A DNA stretch of 64,000 nt, taken from positions 1 to 64,000 of the IMG/VR virus record IMGVR_UViG_2524023228_000003; one strand, written 5' to 3'. Made by a program: the position numbers and the translations under genes. Of this stretch, positions 26,934-37,097 are shown piece by piece (position 1 is the stretch's first letter; the number at the start of each line of letters is the position of its first letter). The notes beneath the pieces were generated by a model. The model made no database searches. It worked only from the letters and a program-made list of their open reading frames with translations, and was not told the DNA's origin. The DNA is from a virus (taxonomy: Duplodnaviria; Caudoviricetes).

Positions 26934-26960
26934 GGAGGGTTGGATTTGGTTGTTGCGGGG

Positions 26961-27560
26961 TTAGGCGAAGGCGGCGTCGATTTCCGCTTTCGCGGCGATC
27001 GTTCCGTCAGCGATCTTGCTGTCGATCTCGGCCTCCTTGTCGAAGGTCGTCTGCACGAACGTCGCCATCTCCCGAGAGATTGCAACGAGTGCTGCGCGAT
27101 CGAGGGAGACGAAGCCGGCCGGAGATTTCCAGTTGATCGGCTCAGTCACGATCTGCAGGTCGATCGACTGGATGCTCTGGGCGATGAGTGCCCGCGTGTC
27201 GCGATCCGTGTAGAGGAAGCCGTAGGTCGGTGAGACCGTCCCGCCGACTTCCTTGGCGTACCGCTTCGAAGCCGCATAGGCCTTCAGATCGTCTTTGGTC
27301 GGAGGCGGAGGCTGGATCAAGTCCAGCACCTGCTTGATCACTCCGTCCGACCCCTTCTCGAAGTGATATCCGGAGATCGAGACCTCCGGGTCGGTGGGCA
27401 GAGCCGCAGGCTCCACCCTGAAAACGCCGATGGCGTTCAGGTCCGTTTCATCCCAAAGCTCGATGCATTGGTATGGATGAATTGCTTCGTCAGATCCGGT
27501 GAACGAGGCTCCGTAAGGGATCTCAAGAAAACCGTCCTGACCGTTGTCTTTTACATAGAG
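26961..27560 (-). CDS. Tail fibre assembly protein (DUF4376-like)
   Basis: LKAYAASKRYAKEVGG..TDRDTRALI..WKSPAGFVSL..FVQTTF; TTG start overlapping the upstream stop. Confidence 0.75.
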   Translation of the reverse strand, partial: LYVKDNGQDGFLEIPYGASFTGSDEAIHPYQCIELWDETDLNAIGVFRVEPAALPTDPEVSISGYHFEKGSDGVIKQVLDLIQPPPPTKDDLKAYAASKRYAKEVGGTVSPTYGFLYTDRDTRALIAQSIQSIDLQIVTEPINWKSPAGFVSLDRAALVAISREMATFVQTTFDKEAEIDSKIADGTIAAKAEIDAAFA

Positions 27561-27565
27561 CAAGG

Positions 27566-28276
27566 TCAACTCCAATTGACAGAGACGGATCCATTGCCGC
27601 CGCCGATGCCGTTTGTGCCGCCTCCGGGCGTTGCGCCAGCCGCGCCACCCTGTCCGACGACGATTGTCACAGTGCGGCCGAAGAGATAGGCGAAGTTCGT
27701 CCAGTCAAGGTGCGAGACCGCCTGGCCTCCGTTGCCGCCCCAACCGCCGTACGAGGTGACAAAGCCGCCGACTGCCGGGCTGTAGCAGTTCGGGTTGAAT
27801 CCGTACGTTCCGGCAGCTGCGCCGCCGCCGGTATTGTTGGTCCAGTTTCCGCCAGTGCCTGTGCCGGCCGAAGATTGCGGCACCTGACCGCCCTGGTATG
27901 TGGTGTGAAACCAGTCACCTCCGGTGTTGCCGGCGCCTCCGCCAGCATTCAACGTGAGGCCAGAGATCGCATCCCTGAACTGCGAGAAGCCGCCAGGGTT
28001 CGAGTTGCCTCCGAGAAGGTACGTGTAGTTGGGCGTCGTCCCGCTCGACCCGCCCACGCCGACACCAGGCCCGACGCCGCCTCCCGCCACGTTGTCCTGG
28101 TCGTAGTAGTGGCAAGCTCCACTGCCGCCACCAGCCGCCCCCTTCACGTCAACAATGAGCATGTTGAACCGGGGGATGACGAGATTGTAGGTCCCGGGCG
28201 TGTTGTAGATGATGCCGCCCGTGATGACGCGCGGCGGCACGCCCAGAACCCTTCGGTTCGGAAGGATCAAAGGCAT
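27566..28276 (-). CDS. Glycine-rich tail fibre-associated protein
   Basis: PGTYNLVIP..GAAGGGSG..GGAGN..IVVGQGG..GGGNGSVSVNW glycine-rich architecture. Confidence 0.7.
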   Translation of the reverse strand: MPLILPNRRVLGVPPRVITGGIIYNTPGTYNLVIPRFNMLIVDVKGAAGGGSGACHYYDQDNVAGGGVGPGVGVGGSSGTTPNYTYLLGGNSNPGGFSQFRDAISGLTLNAGGGAGNTGGDWFHTTYQGGQVPQSSAGTGTGGNWTNNTGGGAAAGTYGFNPNCYSPAVGGFVTSYGGWGGNGGQAVSHLDWTNFAYLFGRTVTIVVGQGGAAGATPGGGTNGIGGGNGSVSVNWS

Positions 28277-28333
28277 CCGAAAACTCCTGAAAGAGAAGCC
28301 CGGCCGATCACGAAGACCAGCCGGGCGAAGGTG

Positions 28334-29800
28334 TTAGTACGGCTTCCAGGCCGCAGCCATCCACTGGCCGGCGGCGATGCTGTAAGTCGCACTGACGATC
28401 AGAGAGGCATTGTTTGCGCCAGCGTAGACCGCAGGAGCAACACCATCAGGGAATCGCCACAACGCAGCCCACGACACCGTGCGATTGCCGGTGGCGTCCT
28501 GAGCGAAGAGCAGTTCCAACACCTGGCCATCCTTTGGGTTCAAAGGCGCCGCGACGGTGATGTTGCCGGCCAGCGTGATAAACTGACGGCTCCCATTGTT
28601 CATGTCGATGGTGAGCGTTCCCGCCCCGACAGATCCAACGGGATAGAATGCCGCCGCCGAATAGGCGTTGGCGACGTTGATGACTCCGGAGCCTGTGCCA
28701 CTCTTCATGTTGGCAACTGTGGCGATGCTGTCGCCCGTCAGCACTGGCTTCCATGCACCCCACGTTCCGGCCGCGAGAACGCGGCAGTACGCATTGACGG
28801 TCGAGTTGGTGTCGAGCTGAACGGCCCGCTGCATCACGTAGTTCTCAAGATCCTGCCCGTAAGCCTGGACTTGCAGATACCAGAATGTTCCAACGGTGCC
28901 CGGCGCATTCTTGCCGGCAATGGTCGGCTGCGAGGAGTAGTAGGTCCCCTCGTCCGTAAGAGTGTTCCAGTCCGTGGCGGCTGGAACGGCCTGCTGCCAG
29001 AAGATCCCGAGGTTCTTCCGCGCCAGATCTCGCGGCGCTACGCCGAGGTTCTGCGCGATGAGGTACGAAACGAAGGTCGCGTTGTTCACAGCCTTCGTGG
29101 CGTAGTTCGTCGGATCCCACGTCTGCGCATTCAGGGCCGATTGAGCAGCCGCGTCGCGAGCCGCCAGAGTGTCCGTCTTCGCCTGGGCGATCGATGCCCG
29201 GTCAGCAGCGGCCTGAGCCGCGCTGGTCGCTGCGTCGCCCTTGTACTGCAGGGCGGTGTCGCGGGCAGCCTTGGTATCGTTGAGCATCTGCTCAACAGCC
29301 TTTGAGACGGCCGAGCCGACGTAGATGATCCAGTCGCTGTGAGGGCCGGGATTGCCGAAGATCTGAACCGGCTGCACGGTGAGCTGGCCAGACACATGGT
29401 CGAAATCGACGGTCCTGGCGAAAGCGTAGTCCGTCTGGTTCGCCTCCCGCACAATGGTCACGAACGGCGAAGGCGCGAACAGCTCGCGCTCCGCCTGGTC
29501 CGGGATCGAGAACACCTGCGTGGTGTTGGTGTCGAGAGTGACGGTTGAGAAGGAGTGAGCGAGCAAGAACCCCTGCTCGCTCACCAGTGCGATCTTGTCC
29601 AGGGCTGGCGCCAGGACGAGGTCGAGGCGGTTGAGGGCGAGGCCCTCAACGTAAGCCGTCAGACCGCCGATTGCGTCGAGTCCGTCCTCGTTGGAGGAAA
29701 CTCGGCGATCGATGTCCTCGAAGCGCCGGTTCCAATAGTCGGGGTCGCCGAGGTTATCCCTCGCCTTCACCCTGTAGAACTGGTCGAACCGACGCGGCAT
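28334..29800 (-). CDS. Tail fibre protein with pyocin-knob-like repeat
   Basis: ARKNLG, DWNTLTDEGTYY..WYLQV..VMQRA..YCR..WGAW; located in the baseplate-fibre block. Confidence 0.75.
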   Translation of the reverse strand: MPRRFDQFYRVKARDNLGDPDYWNRRFEDIDRRVSSNEDGLDAIGGLTAYVEGLALNRLDLVLAPALDKIALVSEQGFLLAHSFSTVTLDTNTTQVFSIPDQAERELFAPSPFVTIVREANQTDYAFARTVDFDHVSGQLTVQPVQIFGNPGPHSDWIIYVGSAVSKAVEQMLNDTKAARDTALQYKGDAATSAAQAAADRASIAQAKTDTLAARDAAAQSALNAQTWDPTNYATKAVNNATFVSYLIAQNLGVAPRDLARKNLGIFWQQAVPAATDWNTLTDEGTYYSSQPTIAGKNAPGTVGTFWYLQVQAYGQDLENYVMQRAVQLDTNSTVNAYCRVLAAGTWGAWKPVLTGDSIATVANMKSGTGSGVINVANAYSAAAFYPVGSVGAGTLTIDMNNGSRQFITLAGNITVAAPLNPKDGQVLELLFAQDATGNRTVSWAALWRFPDGVAPAVYAGANNASLIVSATYSIAAGQWMAAAWKPY

Positions 29801-29803
29801 TGC

Positions 29804-29986
29804 TTAGACCTCTTCGAAGCCGATGATCGCGTCGCCGAAACCGGCGATGGCGCTTCCCTCGATGATCACCTCGTGATCGAAGGGACGACCGTAGATGCCC
29901 GGAGCCACTTCGATGGCGCGAGCCAGCTTGACGCGGTAGCGCTTCGCCGGATCGGGCTGCGGTCCCGCGGGGGTTTCGTCTGCCAT
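29804..29986 (-). CDS. Small hypothetical protein in the tail fibre block
   Basis: 60-aa ORF tightly packed between structural genes. Confidence 0.6.
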   Translation of the reverse strand: MADETPAGPQPDPAKRYRVKLARAIEVAPGIYGRPFDHEVIIEGSAIAGFGDAIIGFEEV

Positions 29987-29995
29987 GTTGACCTC

Positions 29996-32266
29996 TTACT
30001 TCGTGTAGTAGGTCCGCTCGGCGACGTGATACGTCACCTGCGGAGAGTTGGTGGTGCCGGTCTGACTGATGGTGAACTGGGTCGTGCCCGCGGGCAGACT
30101 GAACGTCATCGTCTTCATGTACCGGTTGGACGTCGCATCTTCGAGCGTCACCACGCTGCTGGCCGGATTGTAGTCCGTCGAACCAACGCGAACCGTCGCT
30201 GCGTGCGTGTGCGGCGTGGCGTCGAAGGCTTCGAGCCGGATCTTGACCGTCAGGTTGTTGGCGACGTTCGAGAGCGGCGGTACGGTGTGCTTGATCGAGA
30301 CGTGCTTGAGCGACGTCTTCGGCCGATACACCTTCACGCGCGATCCGCTGAGATGCAGGATCGGCTGCATGTCCTGCGTGCCGACGAAGCGAGCGCGGAA
30401 CTGAGCCAGCGGCGGAGCCTGAGCCAGGATGTCCGCATTGTCCTTCGACAACGGGAGCCATTGACCGGTTCCGTTCGGCCGCATCTCGAAGACCAGCTGG
30501 CACGACGCGGGCACCCACTGTTCGGCCAGGATGTCGATGGTGCGGAAGCCGCCATCGAGCGTGATCGGAGCGAACTCGATCGCGACCTGTGCCGAGGGGA
30601 ACGCCGCACCGTAAACGAGCAGCATCATGTCCTTGGTCAGGTCGCCCTGGTAGTAGATGCCGTCCGTCGAATAGAAGAACGTGCCGTCCAGGTAGGACTG
30701 ACCGGACGTCATGCCGATCTGGTGGTTCGCGTTCGAGATGAGAACGACCGCGTAGCGCTTGCCCTTCGCGAGGAAGGTCGGCTGGACTGCGACCGTGTTC
30801 CACTGCAAGCCGATGCTGGCCTGCGGCTGAACCGTCTTGAGGATGACCTTGGTCAGGTCCGGCATGCCGTTCGTGACTTCGCACAGCGTGACGTGGATGT
30901 CTTCGTTCGCAGCCTTCGCCGCGACGTAGAACCCGAGCCGGGTGCAGATCATGTCGTTCGAGACCAGGAAGGTCTGAGCGACCTGGGCGCCGGTGATCGC
31001 GAGATCCGTGGTGACCGTGTACATGTACGGCTCTTGCCACGTATCGAGCCACCAGGTGTCGGTGCGCTCATTGTAGTGGAAGTAGTTGTACGGGTCACGG
31101 CCATCGACATACGACGTGGTGAAACCCACGGTGCCGTAGTCGTACAGATTCGTGCTCGACGGGGCCTCACCCGGGTAGTTGTACTCGTTGCCGTTCGTGC
31201 AGACCGACAGGCCACCACCGTAGCGCAGGCGCGTGCGGGACATGTATCCCACCTGCATGTTGTTGACCTGATAGCCGTACTGGGCCATGCCCAGCGAATT
31301 GACGTAGGCGCCGGTCTGGATCTTCACCTGATCGTAGTACGCCGGGATCAGGTAGCCGCCGATGTTCCTGGCGTTCGGGTCGTTCGCCGAGAACAGCGTG
31401 ATCTCGAACTGGTTGGAGTTCGCATCCGAGAAGCGGATGCCTTCCTCGATCTTACAGTCGTAGCCGAGGAGCTGGGTGTTGGTGGTGTCCGACTTGTTCT
31501 GGTCGAGGTAGAAGTCGGCGTCGAAGCCTGAAGCGTCGGCCGGATAGCGCAGGCTCTGCTTTACTCGCGCGAGGTCTTCCTCGATGCGGTAAATCTCGGA
31601 GCTGTCGCCCAGCGAGTTGATGCGGTTGGCGAGTTCCGCCAGGTCCGAGGCAAGCGAGGTCACGCGCGGCTCGATGATGGCGCGGAACGCCTCAAGCAGG
31701 TCGGTGCGGATGTCCAGTGCGTCCGTGGACACGACCGCGTTCTGGTCCAGCATGTCGATCGAGACGATCTGCGTGGTGTCGAGCAGAACGTTGGCGACCA
31801 CGACGTGCGTGGCGGGAACCGCCGGGGGCACCGGGTCAGCCGCTTCGGCGCCGGCCGTGAAGACGATCTGGGCGTCGCGGGAACGGGTCATCGAGACGGC
31901 GCGCGGCTCGACGGTGCCGGTGTCGACGTCCGTCAGGTAGTCGCGGGTCTCGACATCGGTATCCACTTCCTGGCCGTAGGCCGAGATGGTGACGATGCGC
32001 TTCGCGGCAGCGGCCACATAGGTGGCGAGCGACTGCGTCAGGACCGTCCGACGACCGAACACCTGACCGCCGTCGTAGACGCGGCCCGCACCAACGGTGA
32101 CTTCGACCTGGCCGGTCTTGGTGATGATCATGCCGGAATACTTGCGGGTGGCGGCGATGCCGTCCGCGACGATGTTGTCCATCGCCGCCTGCACGTAGTC
32201 CTGCAGATTGTTGTGATCGGAAGCGACCTGTTCCTGATAGTCGCGGAAGATTACTTGGCGGTCCAT
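29996..32266 (-). CDS. Baseplate wedge/fibre-attachment protein, 756 aa
   Basis: Follows the gpI-like gene; beta-rich; phage codon usage. Confidence 0.7.
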   Translation of the reverse strand: MDRQVIFRDYQEQVASDHNNLQDYVQAAMDNIVADGIAATRKYSGMIITKTGQVEVTVGAGRVYDGGQVFGRRTVLTQSLATYVAAAAKRIVTISAYGQEVDTDVETRDYLTDVDTGTVEPRAVSMTRSRDAQIVFTAGAEAADPVPPAVPATHVVVANVLLDTTQIVSIDMLDQNAVVSTDALDIRTDLLEAFRAIIEPRVTSLASDLAELANRINSLGDSSEIYRIEEDLARVKQSLRYPADASGFDADFYLDQNKSDTTNTQLLGYDCKIEEGIRFSDANSNQFEITLFSANDPNARNIGGYLIPAYYDQVKIQTGAYVNSLGMAQYGYQVNNMQVGYMSRTRLRYGGGLSVCTNGNEYNYPGEAPSSTNLYDYGTVGFTTSYVDGRDPYNYFHYNERTDTWWLDTWQEPYMYTVTTDLAITGAQVAQTFLVSNDMICTRLGFYVAAKAANEDIHVTLCEVTNGMPDLTKVILKTVQPQASIGLQWNTVAVQPTFLAKGKRYAVVLISNANHQIGMTSGQSYLDGTFFYSTDGIYYQGDLTKDMMLLVYGAAFPSAQVAIEFAPITLDGGFRTIDILAEQWVPASCQLVFEMRPNGTGQWLPLSKDNADILAQAPPLAQFRARFVGTQDMQPILHLSGSRVKVYRPKTSLKHVSIKHTVPPLSNVANNLTVKIRLEAFDATPHTHAATVRVGSTDYNPASSVVTLEDATSNRYMKTMTFSLPAGTTQFTISQTGTTNSPQVTYHVAERTYYTK

Positions 32267-32288
32267 TTAGGGCCTCTCGTTGCGCACG

Positions 32289-32320
32289 AAAAAGCCCACC
32301 GTCCCCGCGGACGATGGGCT
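32289..32320 (-). terminator. Rho-independent terminator
   Basis: AGCCCATCGTCC-GCG-GGGACGGTGGGCT + TTTT. Confidence 0.7.
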
Positions 32321-32340
32321 CATGTGCATCGGTTGAATGA

Positions 32341-33549
32341 TCAGATGACGATGGGGTCGCCGGCCCATCGCGGCAGGCCAGCGACGAACCCAGGCTTTGT
32401 ATTGGTGTCGAGCAGGATCTGGTCTGACAGGCGCTTGGCGGCAATGACCGCCTGCCTGTTCTTCGCCATCAGCGTTCCATCATGCGGCGTGAAGAAGCGT
32501 GACTTCGGATAGCTCGCCTCGTTGAGGCGCGCCTTCCAAGCCGGCCATTTCGTCTTCATCTCCACCTTAAGCTCGGCGGTCTTCGGCTTGATGCCGTACC
32601 GGCCGACGCCCATGAACTGGATCGACGGTCGCTTCTGGATTGCCGTTCCATCGTTGACCGCATATCGCTCGAAGAGACGATAGCCTGACATCGACGGAAT
32701 GTAGAACCGATTGTAATTGATGCGGTTGCTGTAGACGGCGTGACCTTCCTTGCCCGCGACGGCGACCAGCTCGGGCTCCGAGGTGACCGCTTGGAGAGAA
32801 GGCGTGATCGAGTTGCGCCAGGGCGTCAACACGGTCGGCTCGATCGAGACGATCCGCTGGTATGCCGTGGACGGTACCGGGAACTTGCCCTTCTTGTTGA
32901 AGGGCGTGTTGCAGAAGATCGAGTGCTCCAGATGTCCCGGGATATGGACCCGGAAGAAGCCATCGAAGTTCTCGACCTTGGCGTCCGTTTCGACGCCCTT
33001 GACGACCCAGCGCGCCCGCCGCGCCATGCGCGTGATGGCGTCGTTCGGGCCAGGGAAATGCCCGGTGAGGAAGCTCTGGTAGCGGCTGCCCCCGGAGAAG
33101 ATGCGCCTGCCCTTGATCGACGTCTCGTACTGACGCCATACCCGGATCTGCGGCAGCTTCTGCAGCCATGCCTCGCGCTCATCCCTCGTCAACGAGGGGC
33201 CGGAGAAAACCGTGCTCGGCGGCAGATCGGCCTTCAGGATCTTGCTGCCCACGAGATCGAGATAGGTCTCGATGCCCTGCAGCGTGCCTTTCTGGCGGTG
33301 ATGCTTGATGGCGTTGGCGATGACGCTACGCCGCTTGGTGACCGGCCAGCTCGAGTCCCAAAGGTCGACCGAGAGAGCCCATGCCAAGTAAGGCAGCAGG
33401 TTCTCAGGGCATTCCCACGGGTTCCAGAGCAGCCGGATCGGGATGTTCAGATCAAGGAGACGATCGACCTGGGAAGCCAGCGTTCGCTCGTATTCGGTCG
33501 CGTTCGGCGCCAGGATGTGATCCATCCGGCGCGTCGGAAACGTCGCCAT
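32341..33549 (-). CDS. Tail protein I (P2 gpI-like), extended
   Basis: LWNPWECPENLLPYLAWALSVDLWD..KRRSVIANAI..HRQKGT. Confidence 0.9.
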   Translation of the reverse strand: MATFPTRRMDHILAPNATEYERTLASQVDRLLDLNIPIRLLWNPWECPENLLPYLAWALSVDLWDSSWPVTKRRSVIANAIKHHRQKGTLQGIETYLDLVGSKILKADLPPSTVFSGPSLTRDEREAWLQKLPQIRVWRQYETSIKGRRIFSGGSRYQSFLTGHFPGPNDAITRMARRARWVVKGVETDAKVENFDGFFRVHIPGHLEHSIFCNTPFNKKGKFPVPSTAYQRIVSIEPTVLTPWRNSITPSLQAVTSEPELVAVAGKEGHAVYSNRINYNRFYIPSMSGYRLFERYAVNDGTAIQKRPSIQFMGVGRYGIKPKTAELKVEMKTKWPAWKARLNEASYPKSRFFTPHDGTLMAKNRQAVIAAKRLSDQILLDTNTKPGFVAGLPRWAGDPIVI

Positions 33550-33552
33550 GTC

Positions 33553-34431
33553 TTACTCCACCCTCAGCTGGAGCGGCGTGATCGCGGCGCTTTCGATAAG
33601 CGCGCACTGGTCAGTGTCGACCACGACGTTCTCTGCCGGCGAGATCAGATCGACGGACTGGACGCCCTCCTGATTGAGGGCCGAAATGATGGCGGACCGG
33701 GTCAGGTCTCGACCGATCAGCGAAACGTTGGCCCGCACCTTGTTCAGGGCGGCGCCGATGTCGGCCATGATCAGCGCGGCGTCCGGGCCGGGATAAAGCG
33801 ACACGTTGGCGACGATCTGCTGTCGGAGCACCTTGACCGGAACGACGCTGATCACGTCGGTGAGCGGCCTGATGCCCTTCGAATTGAGACGGTCGCGGAC
33901 CTTCAGGATGGTGTCGTTGGTCGGCACCGGGTCAGCCCCGGCGGCCATGACGCAGATCCTCACCCTGCCACGATCGTCGACCTTGACCGCAGTGGCGTCC
34001 CGGATCTTGATCGGGTCGGCGGTCAGGGCCTGAAAGATGTAGGCCCCTTCGGAGCCGGCAGTCGAAAAAGCCTCTGGCGCGAGCTGGGCTCGGCGGCGCA
34101 GGCTATCATCGGTCTCGCCGGCAGCGCGCTCGACGCCGAAGAAGGCGGCGAGATTGTCGAGATCGGCCCCCTTGGAGAAGGCCAGCATGACGGCGCGGGC
34201 CGCCGCATTGACGCGGGCTCGCACCAGCATCTCCCCGTAGGCCTCAGCCTCAAGGATGACGTTGGTGGGCGACTGCTCCAGGTTGACGGCTGCCTGAAGC
34301 TTGCTGTTCTTGGAGACGACCTGGTCCTTGTAGACCTGGAGCAGGTTCTCGTAGCTGATCGTCTCGATGACGTCGGGCGGCGGCAGCCTCGCGAAGTCGA
34401 TGTACAGCGCGGGCGACGTATAGTTGGGCAT
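33553..34431 (-). CDS. Baseplate J/gp47 family protein
   Basis: LPPPDVIETISYE..DLDNLAAFFGVER..ETDDSLRRR..AFSTAGSEGAY..IRPLTD. Confidence 0.93.
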   Translation of the reverse strand: MPNYTSPALYIDFARLPPPDVIETISYENLLQVYKDQVVSKNSKLQAAVNLEQSPTNVILEAEAYGEMLVRARVNAAARAVMLAFSKGADLDNLAAFFGVERAAGETDDSLRRRAQLAPEAFSTAGSEGAYIFQALTADPIKIRDATAVKVDDRGRVRICVMAAGADPVPTNDTILKVRDRLNSKGIRPLTDVISVVPVKVLRQQIVANVSLYPGPDAALIMADIGAALNKVRANVSLIGRDLTRSAIISALNQEGVQSVDLISPAENVVVDTDQCALIESAAITPLQLRVE

Positions 34432-34440
34432 CTGACCTCG

Positions 34441-34800
34441 CTAGATTGTTACTTGGGTTCGCCGCAGCGCAGCGTCCACGAGGTCGATGCCCTCGATCGT
34501 GATGGTGATCTCCCCTGATGCATCGAACGAGTCGATCGACACGCGCGTCACCTTGAACTCTGGCTCATAGGTGTTGATCGCGGCGATCGCCGCCATCATG
34601 CCGGCCATGAGGACTTCCTGGTTGCCAGGCTTGTCCTGCATGTCGATGAACTTCGACCCCCACCACAGGCGCATCAATCGAGTGCGCAGCCTGGTGGTGA
34701 GGATGACGTAGATGCTCTGCTTGATGCGCTCCCAGCCTTGGATCAGCGCACCAGTGAAGCGATCGATGTCGACGAGGTGCTCAGTGCTCTGCGTCGCCAT
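34441..34800 (-). CDS. Baseplate wedge protein (gpW/gp25 family)
   Basis: IDRFTG..I-x-QSI..ILTT..R-x-MR..WGS..D..YEPEF. Confidence 0.88.
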   Translation of the reverse strand: MATQSTEHLVDIDRFTGALIQGWERIKQSIYVILTTRLRTRLMRLWWGSKFIDMQDKPGNQEVLMAGMMAAIAAINTYEPEFKVTRVSIDSFDASGEITITIEGIDLVDAALRRTQVTI

Positions 34801-35017
34801 CGTGCTCGCTCTCAGTGTCGGCGGCAGGCGCCTCGACGGGAGCGGCGGGCTCAGCGGCGGGAGCGGCCGGAACGGCGATCACCTGGTCCGGGTCGACCAG
34901 CGCGTTGCCGCGATACTTGGCCTCGGAGGGAAACAGCCAGATTTCCTTGCCCACGGGGAGCTGAACGCCGTCTTTCCAGAAGGAGGCGCCGACGACGTAC
35001 TTTTTCTTTTTTTGCAT
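34781..35017 (-). CDS. Small hypothetical baseplate-region protein
   Basis: 78-aa ORF between gpV and gpW with an Ala/Pro/Glu-rich tail. Confidence 0.6.
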   Translation of the reverse strand: MQKKKKYVVGASFWKDGVQLPVGKEIWLFPSEAKYRGNALVDPDQVIAVPAAPAAEPAAPVEAPAADTESEHDGDAEH

Positions 35018-35029
35018 TGGTCTCTTTCG

Positions 35030-36403
35030 TCAGGCGAGCTTGGCCCACACGACCTGGGATGGACCGGACTCGGTCATCACCCTGACGCTGGCAGCTTCTT
35101 TTGGCCCGGATACGCCGAGATTGACTCGGCCATTGTTGATGTAGACCCATCGACCATCCACGCCGCAGGAGCACTCGGAGGCGCCCTTCACTTCGACGTA
35201 GTCTTCCTGGATCGTGACCTTGGCTTTGTCCTTTCCCTGGGTGAGAACGATCGCGGAGTCATCGAGCTTGATGTTCGCTTTATCCTCACCGAAGGTGACA
35301 TTCAGGTCGCTGTCGGTCCATTTGACGACGGCCTTCTTGTCCTTGAACTGGATCTTGACCTGGTTCTCGTCCATTAGGACGTCGGCCTTGGCGCCGTCCT
35401 CGCCGAAGCGGAGGTGAACCTTGTCGCCGTCCTGCCGGTAGTACGACTTGCTCTTGCCGACCGTCTTGAGGATGAACTCCTTGGTCGACTTGACCTGGGT
35501 GACGCCGTCGTCACCCTCCTCCGGGACGTCCGGAAGCTTGGGCGCGTCCTGTTTCTGCTGGCCGCCGAGCGATGCCGGGATACCAGCGCCGCCGCCTGCC
35601 CCGCCGCCGATCATCTGACCGGCCTGGCTGGTGAGGCCGGCGCCCGTGACCTGCTGTGCGATCCCGGCGACGTTGCCGAGCTGCGCGAAGTCGGGCATTC
35701 CGAACATCTTGGCCATGCTGCCGAAGTCGGCGAGCTTGGAGATGTCGCCGAGGCCAGAGATGCCGGCCAGGTTGGCGATGTTCGAGATGTCGAGGCCGGC
35801 GAGATTGCCGAGGTTGCCGAGATTGCCGAGGCTTCCCAGCATGCCGGAGAAGTCGGCGCCGCTGAAGCCAGCCATCTGGCCGATGTTGGCTAGATCACCA
35901 AGACCGCCGATGTCGCCAAGGCCGCCCGGGGCGCCCTTGTTCTGCTTGGTCTTGATGATGAGGTGATTGGTGTCCTTGGTCTGATGCTGCCAGTGCTGCT
36001 GATCCTCTTTCTCGTGGATCAGCCGGACGCTCTCATCCTGCTTGCCGTGCGGGGACGGCGTCTTCGGGCCATAGTGGAATGGCTCGACGGTGGACAGCTC
36101 AGGCATTCCGCCGACCGCTCGCATCAGGACTTCCTGACCGACCTTGGGCGGAACTGAAAACTTCATGGTGCCGTGGGAGAAGCTCTGCCACGGCTGCCAG
36201 TCGCTCTTGACCGTGCCTTCGCCGTTCATCGGATCGGCATTTGACTGCGATCCGCTCGGCGTCTGGTCCTGGCCGTCATTCATTTTGACGTACCAGCGAT
36301 CCTTCTCGTACTTGATCGCAACGACCTTGCCGAGGCGCTCCTTGTTCTCGAACTTGCGTTCGAGATCCTGCATGCGGCGCTCGATCGACAGAAGGGCTCT
36401 CAT
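35030..36403 (-). CDS. Baseplate spike (gpV-like) with a Gly/Leu/Asn low-complexity insert
   Basis: RLGKVVAI..SDWQPW..PPKVGQEVLM OB-fold N-terminus; beta-helix-like C-terminal repeats. Confidence 0.8.
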   Translation of the reverse strand: MRALLSIERRMQDLERKFENKERLGKVVAIKYEKDRWYVKMNDGQDQTPSGSQSNADPMNGEGTVKSDWQPWQSFSHGTMKFSVPPKVGQEVLMRAVGGMPELSTVEPFHYGPKTPSPHGKQDESVRLIHEKEDQQHWQHQTKDTNHLIIKTKQNKGAPGGLGDIGGLGDLANIGQMAGFSGADFSGMLGSLGNLGNLGNLAGLDISNIANLAGISGLGDISKLADFGSMAKMFGMPDFAQLGNVAGIAQQVTGAGLTSQAGQMIGGGAGGGAGIPASLGGQQKQDAPKLPDVPEEGDDGVTQVKSTKEFILKTVGKSKSYYRQDGDKVHLRFGEDGAKADVLMDENQVKIQFKDKKAVVKWTDSDLNVTFGEDKANIKLDDSAIVLTQGKDKAKVTIQEDYVEVKGASECSCGVDGRWVYINNGRVNLGVSGPKEAASVRVMTESGPSQVVWAKLA

Positions 36404-36512
36404 CGGTAACTCCGGATTATCCGCCCTTGCGTTTGCGGCGGCGCTTTCGCTCCAACCGCAGCTCGGTCATAAGGGTCTGCTTCGAGAGCTTCTTCTTTTT
36501 CTTCGCCACGGC

Positions 36513-37097
36513 TCAGTCCTCGGAGGCGTCAAAGTCGGTCTGCTCGTCTCGCTGCAGGCCGGCGGCGGTGTGGACATGGCCCCGGGTGTGGGTGCTGGAT
36601 GGGACCTGAGTGATCATCGAGCCGTCCGGGCGATAGAAGAACTCGCGCTCACGGACCCGGTTGGTACCGATCGTGAGGTCGCTCTCCCATTCCACGACGC
36701 CGATCGACACACCCTCGCGCCGAAGCACTGGCTGGCTGATCCTGCGGAACTTGACCATGGTTGCCGGCGCCGCATTTGGGTCGCCGAAATTGTAAAGGTT
36801 CGCCTTGAGGGCGATGCTCTCGACGTAGTCCCAGGCACGAGCGTCGCCGTCGAGGGCGACGAACCGGTTCTCGTCGATGACGACGACCACACATCGGAGG
36901 CGCGCGTTCAGCTCGCCGGTCACTTCGTGGTCACCGTTGGTGCTCATGACGGCCACGCGGGCGGACGGCGTCTTTACCGTCCAGTCCGCGATGTCCTGCT
37001 CGTCGAAGAGCCCGTCGTACCAGTCGACATCCATGTTGGGGTACATGACCTTGATGGTGTCGACGATCCTCTGCCGGAAGTCGACGATCTTGCTCAT
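36513..37097 (-). CDS. Tail completion/terminator-like protein (Mu gp37-like)
   Basis: Position after the neck genes; mixed alpha/beta pattern. Confidence 0.55.
   Translation of the reverse strand: MSKIVDFRQRIVDTIKVMYPNMDVDWYDGLFDEQDIADWTVKTPSARVAVMSTNGDHEVTGELNARLRCVVVVIDENRFVALDGDARAWDYVESIALKANLYNFGDPNAAPATMVKFRRISQPVLRREGVSIGVVEWESDLTIGTNRVREREFFYRPDGSMITQVPSSTHTRGHVHTAAGLQRDEQTDFDASED

Noticed and set aside
26961-32266. Invertible or DGR-diversified tail fibre locus
   Set aside because: No invertase, reverse transcriptase, inverted repeats or template/variable repeat pair seen.
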